From an uncultured Microthrixaceae bacterium (lineage in GTDB: Bacteria > Actinomycetota > Acidimicrobiia > Acidimicrobiales > VFJN01): 64,000 nt of DNA. The stretch's first letter is position 1. Each line of letters opens with the position of its first letter. Below, in pieces: positions 1-8,497 of the stretch. The position numbers and the translations under genes were made by a program. Under the pieces are notes generated by a model that had not been told where the DNA came from, did no database searches, and worked only from the letters and a program-made list of their open reading frames with translations. The stretch lies in the NCBI GenBank assembly GCA_963846555.1, contig CAWJWI010000004.1, positions 2,043,616 to 2,107,615 on the forward strand, read 5' to 3'.

Positions 1-19
1 ATGGGCCCGGTGGAGGGCC

Positions 20-1078
20 TCAACGGTGCAGCTGCAGCTCGACGAGCAGGTCGCGGAGCTGCTCGAGGTCGGTGAACTGCTCGGCCCGCATCCCCAGCAC
101 CCGGGCCGCCTCCACATGAGAGAGCGTGTCGTCCACGAACAGCACCCTGTCGAGGGGCACGCCGATCCGCTCGGCGGCGGCCGCGAAGGCGCCTCCGTCG
201 GGCTTGGCCACGCCGATGTCGGCCGACCCGACCACGGCGTCGAAGGACTCGGTGATGCCAGACAGCTCGAGGTCGAGCTGCAGGTGGCTGCTGGCGTTCG
301 ACAGCAGGGCCACGGGCACGACGTCACGCACGGCCTCGACGAGCTCGAGCACGGCGAGGTCGATCTGCCAGGTCGAGGTGGCGAGGGCGTCGGCCGCCGA
401 TGACGGCTCGGCCCCATGGCGGGCCGCGATCTCCTCGCCCACCTCCGCGCACCACGCCTCGAAGGGGAGGCGGCCGTCGACCACCCGCGCGAGCCGGTCC
501 TCTTCGAGAGCGACCGACATCAGCGTGCCCTCGGGGATGCCGAGGCGACGGTCGGCTTCGGGACCGTAGGCCGGGTCCCAGTGCCGGATGACGCCGTCCA
601 GGTCGATGATGAGACCGTCGACCTGCGGAGCGAGCGGCTCCTCGGGCTCCTCGACCGCCGCTTCGGCTGAGCCTTCTGCGCCGCCCCGGACCTCCTTGGC
701 GATGCGGGCCAGCAGACCGTTCACGAAGCGCCCGGAGGCGTCGGTCGAGAAGCGGGAGGCCAGGTCCACGGTCTCGGAGAGGATGACGCCAGTGGGCACG
801 TCTGTGCGGGCGATCAGCTCCGCCGAGCCCATTCGCAGGGCCGCCCTGTCGAGGGCCGGCATGCGAGAAAGGGTCCAGCCCTGAGCGAACTGGGTCAGCA
901 GGCCGTCGATCCGCTCGCGGTGCTCGTCCACGGCGCGCACCAGGGAAACCGCGAAGTCGTCGGGTTCGACGGGGAGGTCGTCGAGCACCTCCGCTCCGGT
1001 GGTGCCCTTCGTCTCCGCTTCGTAGAGCAGTCCGAGGGCGCGCTCGCGCGCCGCTCGCCGCTCGATGGCGAGGGACAT
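20..1078 (-). CDS. nusB: Transcription antitermination factor NusB fused to a C-terminal HAD-superfamily hydrolase domain
   Basis: Uninterrupted 352-aa ORF. Residues 1-135 are NusB-like (RERALGLLYEAE, SRMPALDRAALRMGSAELI, ETVDLASRFS, FVNGLLARIA). After an acidic linker, residues ~160-352 carry the HAD motifs DLDGV / LLSNAS / AKPD / FVDD. The ATG at 1076-1078 lies 5 nt after the efp stop. Confidence 0.8.
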   Translation of the reverse strand: MSLAIERRAARERALGLLYEAETKGTTGAEVLDDLPVEPDDFAVSLVRAVDEHRERIDGLLTQFAQGWTLSRMPALDRAALRMGSAELIARTDVPTGVILSETVDLASRFSTDASGRFVNGLLARIAKEVRGGAEGSAEAAVEEPEEPLAPQVDGLIIDLDGVIRHWDPAYGPEADRRLGIPEGTLMSVALEEDRLARVVDGRLPFEAWCAEVGEEIAARHGAEPSSAADALATSTWQIDLAVLELVEAVRDVVPVALLSNASSHLQLDLELSGITESFDAVVGSADIGVAKPDGGAFAAAAERIGVPLDRVLFVDDTLSHVEAARVLGMRAEQFTDLEQLRDLLVELQLHR

Positions 1079-1083
1079 CCCCG

Positions 1084-1644
1084 CTAGGCCCGCGTGATGT
1101 ACTCGCCGGAGCGCGTGTCGACCTTGATGCGATCGCCCGGGTTGACGAACAGCGGCACCTGCAGCACGAGCCCGGTCTCGAGCGTGGCGGGCTTGCGGGC
1201 GCCCGACACGCGATCACCCTGCACCCCGGGCTCGGTCTCGGCCACGGCCAGCTCGACCGCCGCAGGGAGCTCGGAGCCCACGATCTCGTCGCCGTACATC
1301 TGGAGGGTGACCGTGGATCCGTCGACGATGTAGCTGGCTGCCTCGGCGAGGGCAGAGGGGGCGACCGTCAGCTGCTCGTAGCTCTGGTTGTCCATGAACA
1401 CGAAGTCGTCGCCGTCGCGGTACAGGTACTGCATGTCCCGCTTGTCGATTATGGCCTGATCGAGCTTCTCGTCGGCCCGGAAGGTGCGGTCGGCCTGGCC
1501 GCCGTTGCGCATGTTCCGCAGCGTGGTGCGCACGAAGGCACCGCCCTTGCCGGGCTTCACGTGCTGGAAGTCGACGACCTGGAACAGCCCCTCGGGGAGG
1601 TTGAGGGACATGCCCTTCTTGAGGTCGTTGGTGGAGACGGGCAT
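1084..1644 (-). CDS. efp: Elongation factor P
   Basis: Carries the EF-P signature HVKPGKGGAFVRTTLRN and conserved C-terminal OB domains. I trimmed the ORF-track start (1683) to the ATG at 1642-1644 (MPVSTNDLKKG), which is preceded by GAAGGTG. Confidence 0.9.
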   Translation of the reverse strand: MPVSTNDLKKGMSLNLPEGLFQVVDFQHVKPGKGGAFVRTTLRNMRNGGQADRTFRADEKLDQAIIDKRDMQYLYRDGDDFVFMDNQSYEQLTVAPSALAEAASYIVDGSTVTLQMYGDEIVGSELPAAVELAVAETEPGVQGDRVSGARKPATLETGLVLQVPLFVNPGDRIKVDTRSGEYITRA

Positions 1645-1657
1645 GTTGGGGGCACCT

Positions 1658-2773
1658 TCACTGGATCGAGGTCTTGGGAGCACGGGTCAGCGGTCGACAG
1701 CCGTCGGCGGTGACGACGACGGTGTCCTCGACTCGGACGCCGCCGTGCCCGGGGAGGTAGACACCAGGCTCCACGGTGACGACATGGCCGGCGGCGAGCG
1801 TAGCAGCCGACGTCGCGGACACCCACGGGGCCTCATGGATGTCGAGCCCCACGCCGTGCCCGGTGCCGTGCACGAAGGCCTCGCCCCAACCGGCGTCGTC
1901 GATGACGGCCCGACAGGCGGCATCGACGTCCTGGACGCCTCCACCAGCTCGCACCGTGGCCACCCCAGCGGCCTGCGACTCGGTGACGACGGCGACCATC
2001 CGCTGCTGCGTCTCGTCGAGTGCATCGTGCCCCCCGACGGGCACGGTCCTGGTCATGTCCGAGTGGTACCCGTCGACCAGGGCCCCGAAGTCGATCACCA
2101 CGAGGTCGCCCGACTCGATGGTGCGACGCTGCGGGGTGTGGTGAGGCCTGGAGCCGTTGGGGCCCGACGCCACGATCGTCTCGAAGCTGATGTCGTCGGC
2201 TCCCCGACGACGCATCTCGGCATCCAGCGCGAGCGCGAACTCGATCTCTGTCGGCGCCGCGTCGAGCATCGGGAGCAGCACAGCAAGGGCCTCGTCGGCG
2301 ATGGTGGACGCCGCCTCGATGCGGGCCACCTCGCCGTCGTCCTTCACAGCCCGAAGGGCCTCGACCGCGCCGGAGACGGGCACGAGCTCCGTACCCGGGA
2401 ACCACGTCTCGGCGTAGCGCTGCTGGCTGGCCCACGAGACGTGCTCGGACTCGAGTCCGAGGCGGGCCGTGCCCTTCGCGTGGGAGGCCACCACCTCGCG
2501 CTGGGCGTCGAGGGTCCGGGCGATCTCTATGCGGGCGTCCACACCGGAGGCGGCCAGCTCGCCGGCAGCCTGCTCCTCGTAGCGCCCATCGGTGACGAAG
2601 AGCAGCCCGTCCGGATCGACCACGAGGAGGGCGGCGGAGCCGGTGAACCCCGTCAGGTAGCGGATGTTCGTGAGGTGGGTGACGAGCAGGCGGTCGCAGC
2701 TCGCGGCCTCGAAGCCGGCTCGGAGGCGGCCGGCCCGGGCGGGCACGTCCATGACGGGCAGGTCGGTGGTCAC
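1658..2773 (-). CDS. M24B family Xaa-Pro peptidase (PepQ/PepP-like)
   Basis: 371-aa ORF with the metal-binding signature HGTGHGVGLDIHEAP and VEPGVYLPGHGGVRVEDTVVVT. It occupies the pepQ position between efp and aroQ. Its GTG start overlaps the aroQ stop (GTGA). Confidence 0.85.
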   Translation of the reverse strand: MTTDLPVMDVPARAGRLRAGFEAASCDRLLVTHLTNIRYLTGFTGSAALLVVDPDGLLFVTDGRYEEQAAGELAASGVDARIEIARTLDAQREVVASHAKGTARLGLESEHVSWASQQRYAETWFPGTELVPVSGAVEALRAVKDDGEVARIEAASTIADEALAVLLPMLDAAPTEIEFALALDAEMRRRGADDISFETIVASGPNGSRPHHTPQRRTIESGDLVVIDFGALVDGYHSDMTRTVPVGGHDALDETQQRMVAVVTESQAAGVATVRAGGGVQDVDAACRAVIDDAGWGEAFVHGTGHGVGLDIHEAPWVSATSAATLAAGHVVTVEPGVYLPGHGGVRVEDTVVVTADGCRPLTRAPKTSIQ

Positions 2774-3207
2774 GCGAGCAGGCGGGCCACGGCCGCCACA
2801 GCCAGCTGGTACCCATGACCGCCGAGGCCGGCGATCGTGGCCGTGGCCACGGGTGCGACCACAGATGTGCTCCGCCAGGCCTCACGGGCGCCGGGGTTCG
2901 ACAGGTGCAGCTCGATCACCGGCCCGTCGAAGGCGGCCAGCGCATCGTGGATGCCCCAGGCGTAGTGGGTGAACGCGCCAGGGTTGATGATGATCGCCGC
3001 GCAGCGACCGCGCGCCTCCTGGATGGCGTCGATCAGTGCGCCTTCGTGGTTGGACTGCAGGTGCTCGAGCGTGAGGTCGTGGGCGTCGGCGACGGCAGTG
3101 GCCGCAGCCACGTGGTCCGCGAGCGTGGCTGTCCCGTAGACGTCGGGCTCGCGCTCCCCGAGCAGGTTCAGGTTGGGTCCCGAGAGCAGGAGGACGGTGG
3201 CGGTCAC
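2770..3207 (-). CDS. aroQ: 3-dehydroquinate dehydratase, type II
   Basis: 145 aa with LLLSGPNLNLLGEREPDVYG, QSNHEGALID and IINPGAFTHY. Its GTG start overlaps the aroB stop. Confidence 0.92.
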   Translation of the reverse strand: MTATVLLLSGPNLNLLGEREPDVYGTATLADHVAAATAVADAHDLTLEHLQSNHEGALIDAIQEARGRCAAIIINPGAFTHYAWGIHDALAAFDGPVIELHLSNPGAREAWRSTSVVAPVATATIAGLGGHGYQLAVAAVARLLA

Positions 3208-4235
3208 GGCGCGGTCCCTTCTTCGATCATGGCGGTCAGCACGTCGACCGCCACGGACGCGTCGACAGCGGGCACGACCTCCACGCCGTCTGCGCCGTCG
3301 AGCACGAACGTGAGCCCGTCGAGGGCCTTCTTGTCCCGGCCCATGAGCTCGACGAGCGCAGCCGGGTCCGAACCGGCAGGGAGGCTGCCGTCGAGGTCGT
3401 AGGCGGACAGGACGGAGTCGTGGTCGGCCACGCGAGCGTCGTCGACGCGCCCGAGGCGGCGGGCCAGCCGGGCCGCGTAGCGAAGCCCCACCGCGACAGC
3501 CTCTCCGTGGCGCAGGTCGTAGCGGCCCGCGGTCTCGAGGGCATGGGCCAGCGTGTGGCCGTAGTTCAGCGTGGCCCGGCCCCGGCGGTCGGCGGGGTCC
3601 TCGCGCTCGTCGCCGGCCACGACACCGGCTTTGATGCGCACTGCGGCGGCGATCCGCTCCTCGAGGTCCAGGGAGAGCAGGTCGTCGCCCGTGAGGAAGT
3701 GGTACTTGGCCAGCTCACCCCGGCCGGAGGCCAGCTCGCGCCGTGGCAGGGTGGCCAGGGCGTCGGTGTCGCATACGACGGCGAGCGGCTGCCAGAACGC
3801 GCCGACCAGGTTCTTCCCCTCGGGCAGGTTCACGCCCGTCTTGCCTCCGATGGCCGCGTCGACCATGCCGAGGAGCGACGTGGCCACGTGCACCACCGGG
3901 ATGCCACGGTGGTAGGTGGCCGCCGCGAACCCCGCCACATCGGTGACCACGCCGCCGCCGACGGCCACCACGACGTCGCCCCGGTTGAGCCCCCAACGGG
4001 CCCAGGCCGAGCAGAGCGAACCAACGGTGGTGAGGTCCTTGGCCGATTCGCCGTCGCCGATCTCGAAGCGCTCGTGCTCGATGCCCGGATCGACGTCGAG
4101 CGGGATCCCGGCCTGGGTGACGATCGCAGCCCGCCTTGCCGTCGACGGCAGCAGGGCGGCCAGCTCCGAGCGCGCTCCCGGGCCGACGAGCACCGGATAC
4201 CGGCGGTCGCCGAGGTCGACGTCGACGGTGATCAC
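3204..4235 (-). CDS. aroB: 3-dehydroquinate synthase
   Basis: 343 aa with GGGVVTDVAGFAAATYHRGIPVVHVATSLLGMVDAAIGGKTGVNL and NYGHTLAHALE. Confidence 0.92.
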   Translation of the reverse strand: MITVDVDLGDRRYPVLVGPGARSELAALLPSTARRAAIVTQAGIPLDVDPGIEHERFEIGDGESAKDLTTVGSLCSAWARWGLNRGDVVVAVGGGVVTDVAGFAAATYHRGIPVVHVATSLLGMVDAAIGGKTGVNLPEGKNLVGAFWQPLAVVCDTDALATLPRRELASGRGELAKYHFLTGDDLLSLDLEERIAAAVRIKAGVVAGDEREDPADRRGRATLNYGHTLAHALETAGRYDLRHGEAVAVGLRYAARLARRLGRVDDARVADHDSVLSAYDLDGSLPAGSDPAALVELMGRDKKALDGLTFVLDGADGVEVVPAVDASVAVDVLTAMIEEGTAP

Positions 4236-4804
4236 GGGCCCGCCTCGCTGCTGACCCGGGCCCGTTCGTGGTCGCGCACGAGCCGCTCGATGTGCTCGGC
4301 CAGCGCCCGCTTCGGGTGCTCCTGTCCGAGGTGGAAGGGCTGTACGTCGACCGTGATGTCGGCCAGGTCGCGGTAGAGCGGGGCCCGTTCAGCGTGGAGG
4401 CGCACGAGGACGTCTCGCGGCGTCTCCTCCCCGGCCAAGAGGGGCCGGTGCTCTCGCTTGGCGATGCGGCTGGCCAGGAACGCCGGGTCGGCGTCGAGCC
4501 ACACGACCGTCACCTCGGGCTCATGGAGGCGGCGTCGGTTGTCCTCGCGGAGGACGACGCCGCCACCACTTGCGATCACGTGTGGCTGGTGGTGCTCGAG
4601 CAGCTCCTCGAGCACGTCGGCCTCCAACGCACGGAAGCGCTCCTCGCCGTCTGTGGCGAACACCTCCGCGATCGTGCGCTCTGTGATCTCCACGAGCGCA
4701 TCGTCGGCGTCGACGAACTGCCGGTCGAGCCGGGTTGCCAGGCGACGACCCACCGTGGTCTTGCCCGAGCCCATGAGGCCGACCAGCACGACGTGATGGG
4801 CCAT
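4232..4804 (-). CDS. aroK: Shikimate kinase
   Basis: 190 aa with the P-loop VLVGLMGSGKTTVGRRLA. Its start and stop overlap aroC and aroB respectively. Confidence 0.9.
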   Translation of the reverse strand: MAHHVVLVGLMGSGKTTVGRRLATRLDRQFVDADDALVEITERTIAEVFATDGEERFRALEADVLEELLEHHQPHVIASGGGVVLREDNRRRLHEPEVTVVWLDADPAFLASRIAKREHRPLLAGEETPRDVLVRLHAERAPLYRDLADITVDVQPFHLGQEHPKRALAEHIERLVRDHERARVSSEAGP

Positions 4805-5976
4805 CAGCCGAGCGTGGCGAGGAACGCGTCGCGGTTGCGGCGCAGCTCGTCGACGGAGTCGCCCCCGAACTTGCGGGTGGCTTCGTCGGCCAGCACGAGG
4901 GCCACCATGGTCTCGGCCACAACGCCCATCGCGGGCACGGCGGTCACGTCGGTGCGCTCCTTGAAGCTGACCGTCTCCTCCTTGGTGGCCGTGTCGACGG
5001 TCTTGAGCGTGGGGCGGTTGAGCGTGGCGAGTGGCTTCATGGCTGCCCTGGCCACGAGCAGCTCGCCAGTGGAGATGCCACCTTCGACACCGCCGGCCAG
5101 GGCCGACTCCCGCCGGTAGGCGCTCGCCTCGGCATCCCAGGAGATGGGGTCGTGGGCCTCGCTCCCCCGGCGCCCCGCCACCTCGAAGCCGTCACCGATC
5201 TCGACGCCCTTGACGGCCTGGATCGACATGAGGGCTCGGGCGAGCAGCGCATCGAGCTTGCGGTCCCAGTGCACGTGGCTCCCGAGGCCGACGGGCACGC
5301 CGTAGCCGAGCACCTCGACCACGCCGCCCAGGCTGTCGCCGTCCTTCGCGGCAGCCTTGATCTCCTCGACCATGGCCTCTTCGGCTGACGGGTCGAAGCA
5401 CCGCACCGGCGACTCGTCGACCTGGGCCAGGTCCGAGGGCGCGGGGCGCCCGGTGGCCTTCGAGCGGGCTGCGCCCATCTGGATGACGTGGCTGATGACC
5501 GCGATGTCGAGCTGAGCGAGCAGCGCCTTGGCGACCGTCCCCGCGGCGACGCGGGCGGCTGTCTCGCGGGCCGAGGCCCGCTCGAGGATGTCGCGGGCAT
5601 CGGTGAGGCCGTACTTCTGCATGCCGGCCAGGTCGGCGTGGCCTGGGCGCACCGAGGTGAGCGGCGCCTTGGTGGGGCCGTCCTCGGCCCGCACCGACAT
5701 CTCCTTCTGCCACTTGTCCGGGTCGCGGTCCCACTCGCTGTTGGCGACCTCGATGGCGACGGGCGACCCGAGCGTGCGACCGTGCCGGACGCCGCCGATG
5801 ATCGTGACCTCGTCCTGCTCGAAGCGCATGCGAGGGCCACGGCCGTACCCGAGGCGGCGGCGACCCAGCTCGCTCTGCACCTCCTCCACGGCCAGGGGCA
5901 GCCCAGCGGGCAGCCCCTCGACGATGACGACGAGGGCCCGTCCGTGCGACTCGCCTGCCGTCAGGTACCTGAGCAT
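4804..5976 (-). CDS. aroC: Chorismate synthase
   Basis: Contains MLRYLTAGESHGRALV, RPGHADLAG and SARETAARVAAG. I trimmed the ORF-track start (6078) to the ATG at 5974-5976, which gives the family-typical N-terminus. Confidence 0.92.
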   Translation of the reverse strand: MLRYLTAGESHGRALVVIVEGLPAGLPLAVEEVQSELGRRRLGYGRGPRMRFEQDEVTIIGGVRHGRTLGSPVAIEVANSEWDRDPDKWQKEMSVRAEDGPTKAPLTSVRPGHADLAGMQKYGLTDARDILERASARETAARVAAGTVAKALLAQLDIAVISHVIQMGAARSKATGRPAPSDLAQVDESPVRCFDPSAEEAMVEEIKAAAKDGDSLGGVVEVLGYGVPVGLGSHVHWDRKLDALLARALMSIQAVKGVEIGDGFEVAGRRGSEAHDPISWDAEASAYRRESALAGGVEGGISTGELLVARAAMKPLATLNRPTLKTVDTATKEETVSFKERTDVTAVPAMGVVAETMVALVLADEATRKFGGDSVDELRRNRDAFLATLG

Positions 5977-6095
5977 CGGGACAACGCTACTGGCCGGCCG
6001 CCAAACGACAGGAACCCGTTGCCCCTCCTGACGCTGCCGTCGAGGGCCGCACGGGCCGGATCGTCGACCAGCCTGCACCGCTACCTGGCCCCACG

Positions 6096-6866
6096 TCAGA
6101 CCAGCCGCAGGTCCGTGGCGTAGAAGGCCACGACTAGGCAGGCCAGCGCGAGGGCCGGACCGAACGGGAACTCGCCTCGCCGCCGGGTGACGATGGCGGA
6201 GAGCCCCCCGAACAGCACCCCCAACAGGCAGCCCAGCATCAGTCCGTAGAGCACGAGCTGGATCGGCCCCCCGACGGGATGCGAGCTCGACCAGCCCAGC
6301 CAGCCCAGGTAGAGGCCCATGACCAGCGCCAGCTTCACGTCACCGAAGCCCATGCCCCGCGGGTACACGAGGTGGGGCACGAGGAGGAGCACGAAGTAGG
6401 CGACCGAACCGATGAGGGCCGCCACGAACGAGTCCCCGTCGTCGTACCGGAGCGAGGCCAAGCCGACGAGGGGCACGGCGAGGGCCAGGGTCGGGAAGGT
6501 GACGAGGTCGGGGATGCGGAGGAGCTGGAGATCGATGACCGAGACCGCGACGAGCGAGGCGGCCAGCACGAGCAGGGGCACGATGCGGAGGTCCTCGCCG
6601 AAGCGGGCCGCGAAGATCGCGAAGACGACGGCCGTGACCAGCTCGACCCACAGCCACCGCTTGGGCAGTGCCTCCGCGCCGCCCCGCCCGCCCCGGAGCA
6701 GCCAGGGCTGGAACGGCGCCCCGGCCACCTCGATCGGCTCCGCCGGCTCGCCGTCCCGCGGTCCCCGCAGGGTCACCTTGTCGGGCACCCGGTCGATGAC
6801 GACGTTGAGGAACGATCCGACAGGAACACCGAGCACCCCGAGCCCCACCACCGCCGCCGCGTTCAC
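6096..6866 (-). CDS. A24 family prepilin peptidase-like membrane protease
   Basis: 256-aa polytopic membrane ORF with GSFLNVVIDR near the N-terminus and both catalytic Asp contexts (VIDLQLLRIPD and GFGDVKL). The Cys-rich Zn motif found in many PilD N-terminal loops is absent. Confidence 0.75.
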   Translation of the reverse strand: MNAAAVVGLGVLGVPVGSFLNVVIDRVPDKVTLRGPRDGEPAEPIEVAGAPFQPWLLRGGRGGAEALPKRWLWVELVTAVVFAIFAARFGEDLRIVPLLVLAASLVAVSVIDLQLLRIPDLVTFPTLALAVPLVGLASLRYDDGDSFVAALIGSVAYFVLLLVPHLVYPRGMGFGDVKLALVMGLYLGWLGWSSSHPVGGPIQLVLYGLMLGCLLGVLFGGLSAIVTRRRGEFPFGPALALACLVVAFYATDLRLV

Positions 6867-6884
6867 GTTCGGGACCCTAGAAGA

Positions 6885-8462
6885 TCAGCGCGTGTCGCCC
6901 GAGAGCAGGTAGCGCAGCTCGCTGGGGTCGACGGCCCGGTCGGCGGCCACTTCGGCATCGACGATGCCGTCATGCACGAGATCGGCCAGGGATTGGTCCA
7001 TCGTCCCCATGCCGCTCGTCGCTCCACCCAGGATGGCCTTCGACAGGTTGGCTGAGTCGCCCGCGCGGATGCACTCGACGACAGCCGGCGTGGGCAAGAG
7101 CACCTCGGTGGCGAGGGCCACGCCACCGTCGAGGGCCGGCACGAGCTGCTGGACGACGATGCCCCGCAGGGTGGTGGCCAGCTGCATTCTCACCTGGGGT
7201 TGCTGATCGACGGGGAACACGTCCACGATGCGCTCCACCGTCTGCACGGCGTCGATGGTGCGCAGGGTGGCGAACACGAGGTGCCCGGTCTCGGCCGCGC
7301 CCATGGCGAGGCGGATGGTCTCCACGTCGGGCAGCTCGCCGGCCACGAGCACATCAGGGTCCTGGCGCAGAGCATGACGGAGACCCGACGCGAAGCTCGC
7401 GGTGTCCTCCCCCACCTCCCGTTGGTTCACGAGGCCGCGCTGGTGTCGGTGCAGGAACTCGATCGGGTCCTCGACGGTCAGGATGTGGTCGGCCCGGGTG
7501 CGGTTGATCGAGTCGACGAGGGCGGCCAGCGTGGTCGAGGTGCCCGAGCCATGGGGACCGCAGACCAGCACGAGGCCGCGGCGGTGCTCGGCCCAGTCGA
7601 TCACCTCGTCGGGCAGGCCCAGGTCCTCGGCGCTGGGGATCTCGGCTGGCACCACCCGGAGCACGGCGCCGACCGAGTCCCGTTGGATGAAGGCGGAGAC
7701 CCGGAACCGGCCCTTGCCAGGTATGGCATGCGAGGTGGAGAGCTCGCCGTCGGCGAGGAAGCGATCGCGCTGGCGTTGGGTCAGGACGCCCAGGACGAGC
7801 CGACGCACCTCCGATCCGTTGAGCTGGCCGTGGCCGGGCATGCGTCGGAGCTCGCCCTGGACCCGAACGACAGGCGGGGCGCCGACGGAGAGGTGGAGGT
7901 CCGAGCCACCCACCCGCACGACCTCGCCGAGGAGGTCATCGAGCTGGAGCGGACGCGCCGGCCGAGCCGGGTCACCGGGTTGGTCGTCCGAAGCGCCTGC
8001 CGCGGCGCCCGTCCCGCCCGACGCCGGGCCGTACATCTGCTCGATCAGGCGGAGGAGGTCGTCCCGTACAGCGACAACAGGGATCACGGGAACCCCGAGG
8101 TCGGTCTCCAACGTGGAGATGACCTGCTCGTCCCCCGGATCCTCCAGGACGACGACGAGCCCTGTCGCCCGGCGCTCGAGGGCGACGGCGATGTAGCCCC
8201 GAGCCAGGTCCTCAGGGACGAGACCCCACACGTCGGGCAAGATCGACTGCTCGGCCAGGTCGACGAAGGGCACGCCCAGCTCGCTCGCCACGGCGGCGGT
8301 GAGGTCGTGATCGCTGACGACCTCCTCCAGGGTGAGCAGCTGCGTCAGGTGGATGCCGTCGGCCGCCTCGCGGGCGAGGAGCTCCTCGAGCGCGTCTCTG
8401 GACAGCACCCGCCGGGCCACCAGGAACTCGCCGAGGCGTCGAGAGGAGATGCGCATGCTCAA
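6885..8462 (-). CDS. PilT-like type IV pilus/T2SS ATPase with an N-terminal T2SSE_N (MshEN-like) domain and degenerate catalytic motifs
   Basis: 525 aa. Residues ~8-75 resemble GspE/MshE N-terminal domains (RRLGEFLVARRVLSRDALEELLARE...ELGVPFVDL). Residues ~180-525 align along their length to PilT (GSDLHLSVGAPPVVRVQGEL, ILTVEDPIEF, LVNQREVG, AAETGHLVF). Walker A reads GPHGSGTST rather than GPTGSGKST, GEMRD reads GELPD, and the His box TLHT reads TLRT. Confidence 0.8.
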   Translation of the reverse strand: MSMRISSRRLGEFLVARRVLSRDALEELLAREAADGIHLTQLLTLEEVVSDHDLTAAVASELGVPFVDLAEQSILPDVWGLVPEDLARGYIAVALERRATGLVVVLEDPGDEQVISTLETDLGVPVIPVVAVRDDLLRLIEQMYGPASGGTGAAAGASDDQPGDPARPARPLQLDDLLGEVVRVGGSDLHLSVGAPPVVRVQGELRRMPGHGQLNGSEVRRLVLGVLTQRQRDRFLADGELSTSHAIPGKGRFRVSAFIQRDSVGAVLRVVPAEIPSAEDLGLPDEVIDWAEHRRGLVLVCGPHGSGTSTTLAALVDSINRTRADHILTVEDPIEFLHRHQRGLVNQREVGEDTASFASGLRHALRQDPDVLVAGELPDVETIRLAMGAAETGHLVFATLRTIDAVQTVERIVDVFPVDQQPQVRMQLATTLRGIVVQQLVPALDGGVALATEVLLPTPAVVECIRAGDSANLSKAILGGATSGMGTMDQSLADLVHDGIVDAEVAADRAVDPSELRYLLSGDTR

Positions 8463-8497
8463 AGGATCTCCCGCCGCGGGCGGGCAGGCCCGGATGG

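Noticed and set aside
1484-2818. Many long ORFs antisense to, or frame-shifted relative to, the genes called above. Examples are 1484..2818 (+, 444 aa), 7200..8663 (+, 487 aa), 16817..17866 (-, 349 aa), 33266..35383 (+, 705 aa), 41791..43023 and 42498..44444.
   Set aside because: Their products are Arg/Pro/Gly/Ala-rich and low-complexity with no recognisable motifs. They mirror genes that do have clear family signatures. These are the usual shadow ORFs of a >70% GC genome with few stop codons.
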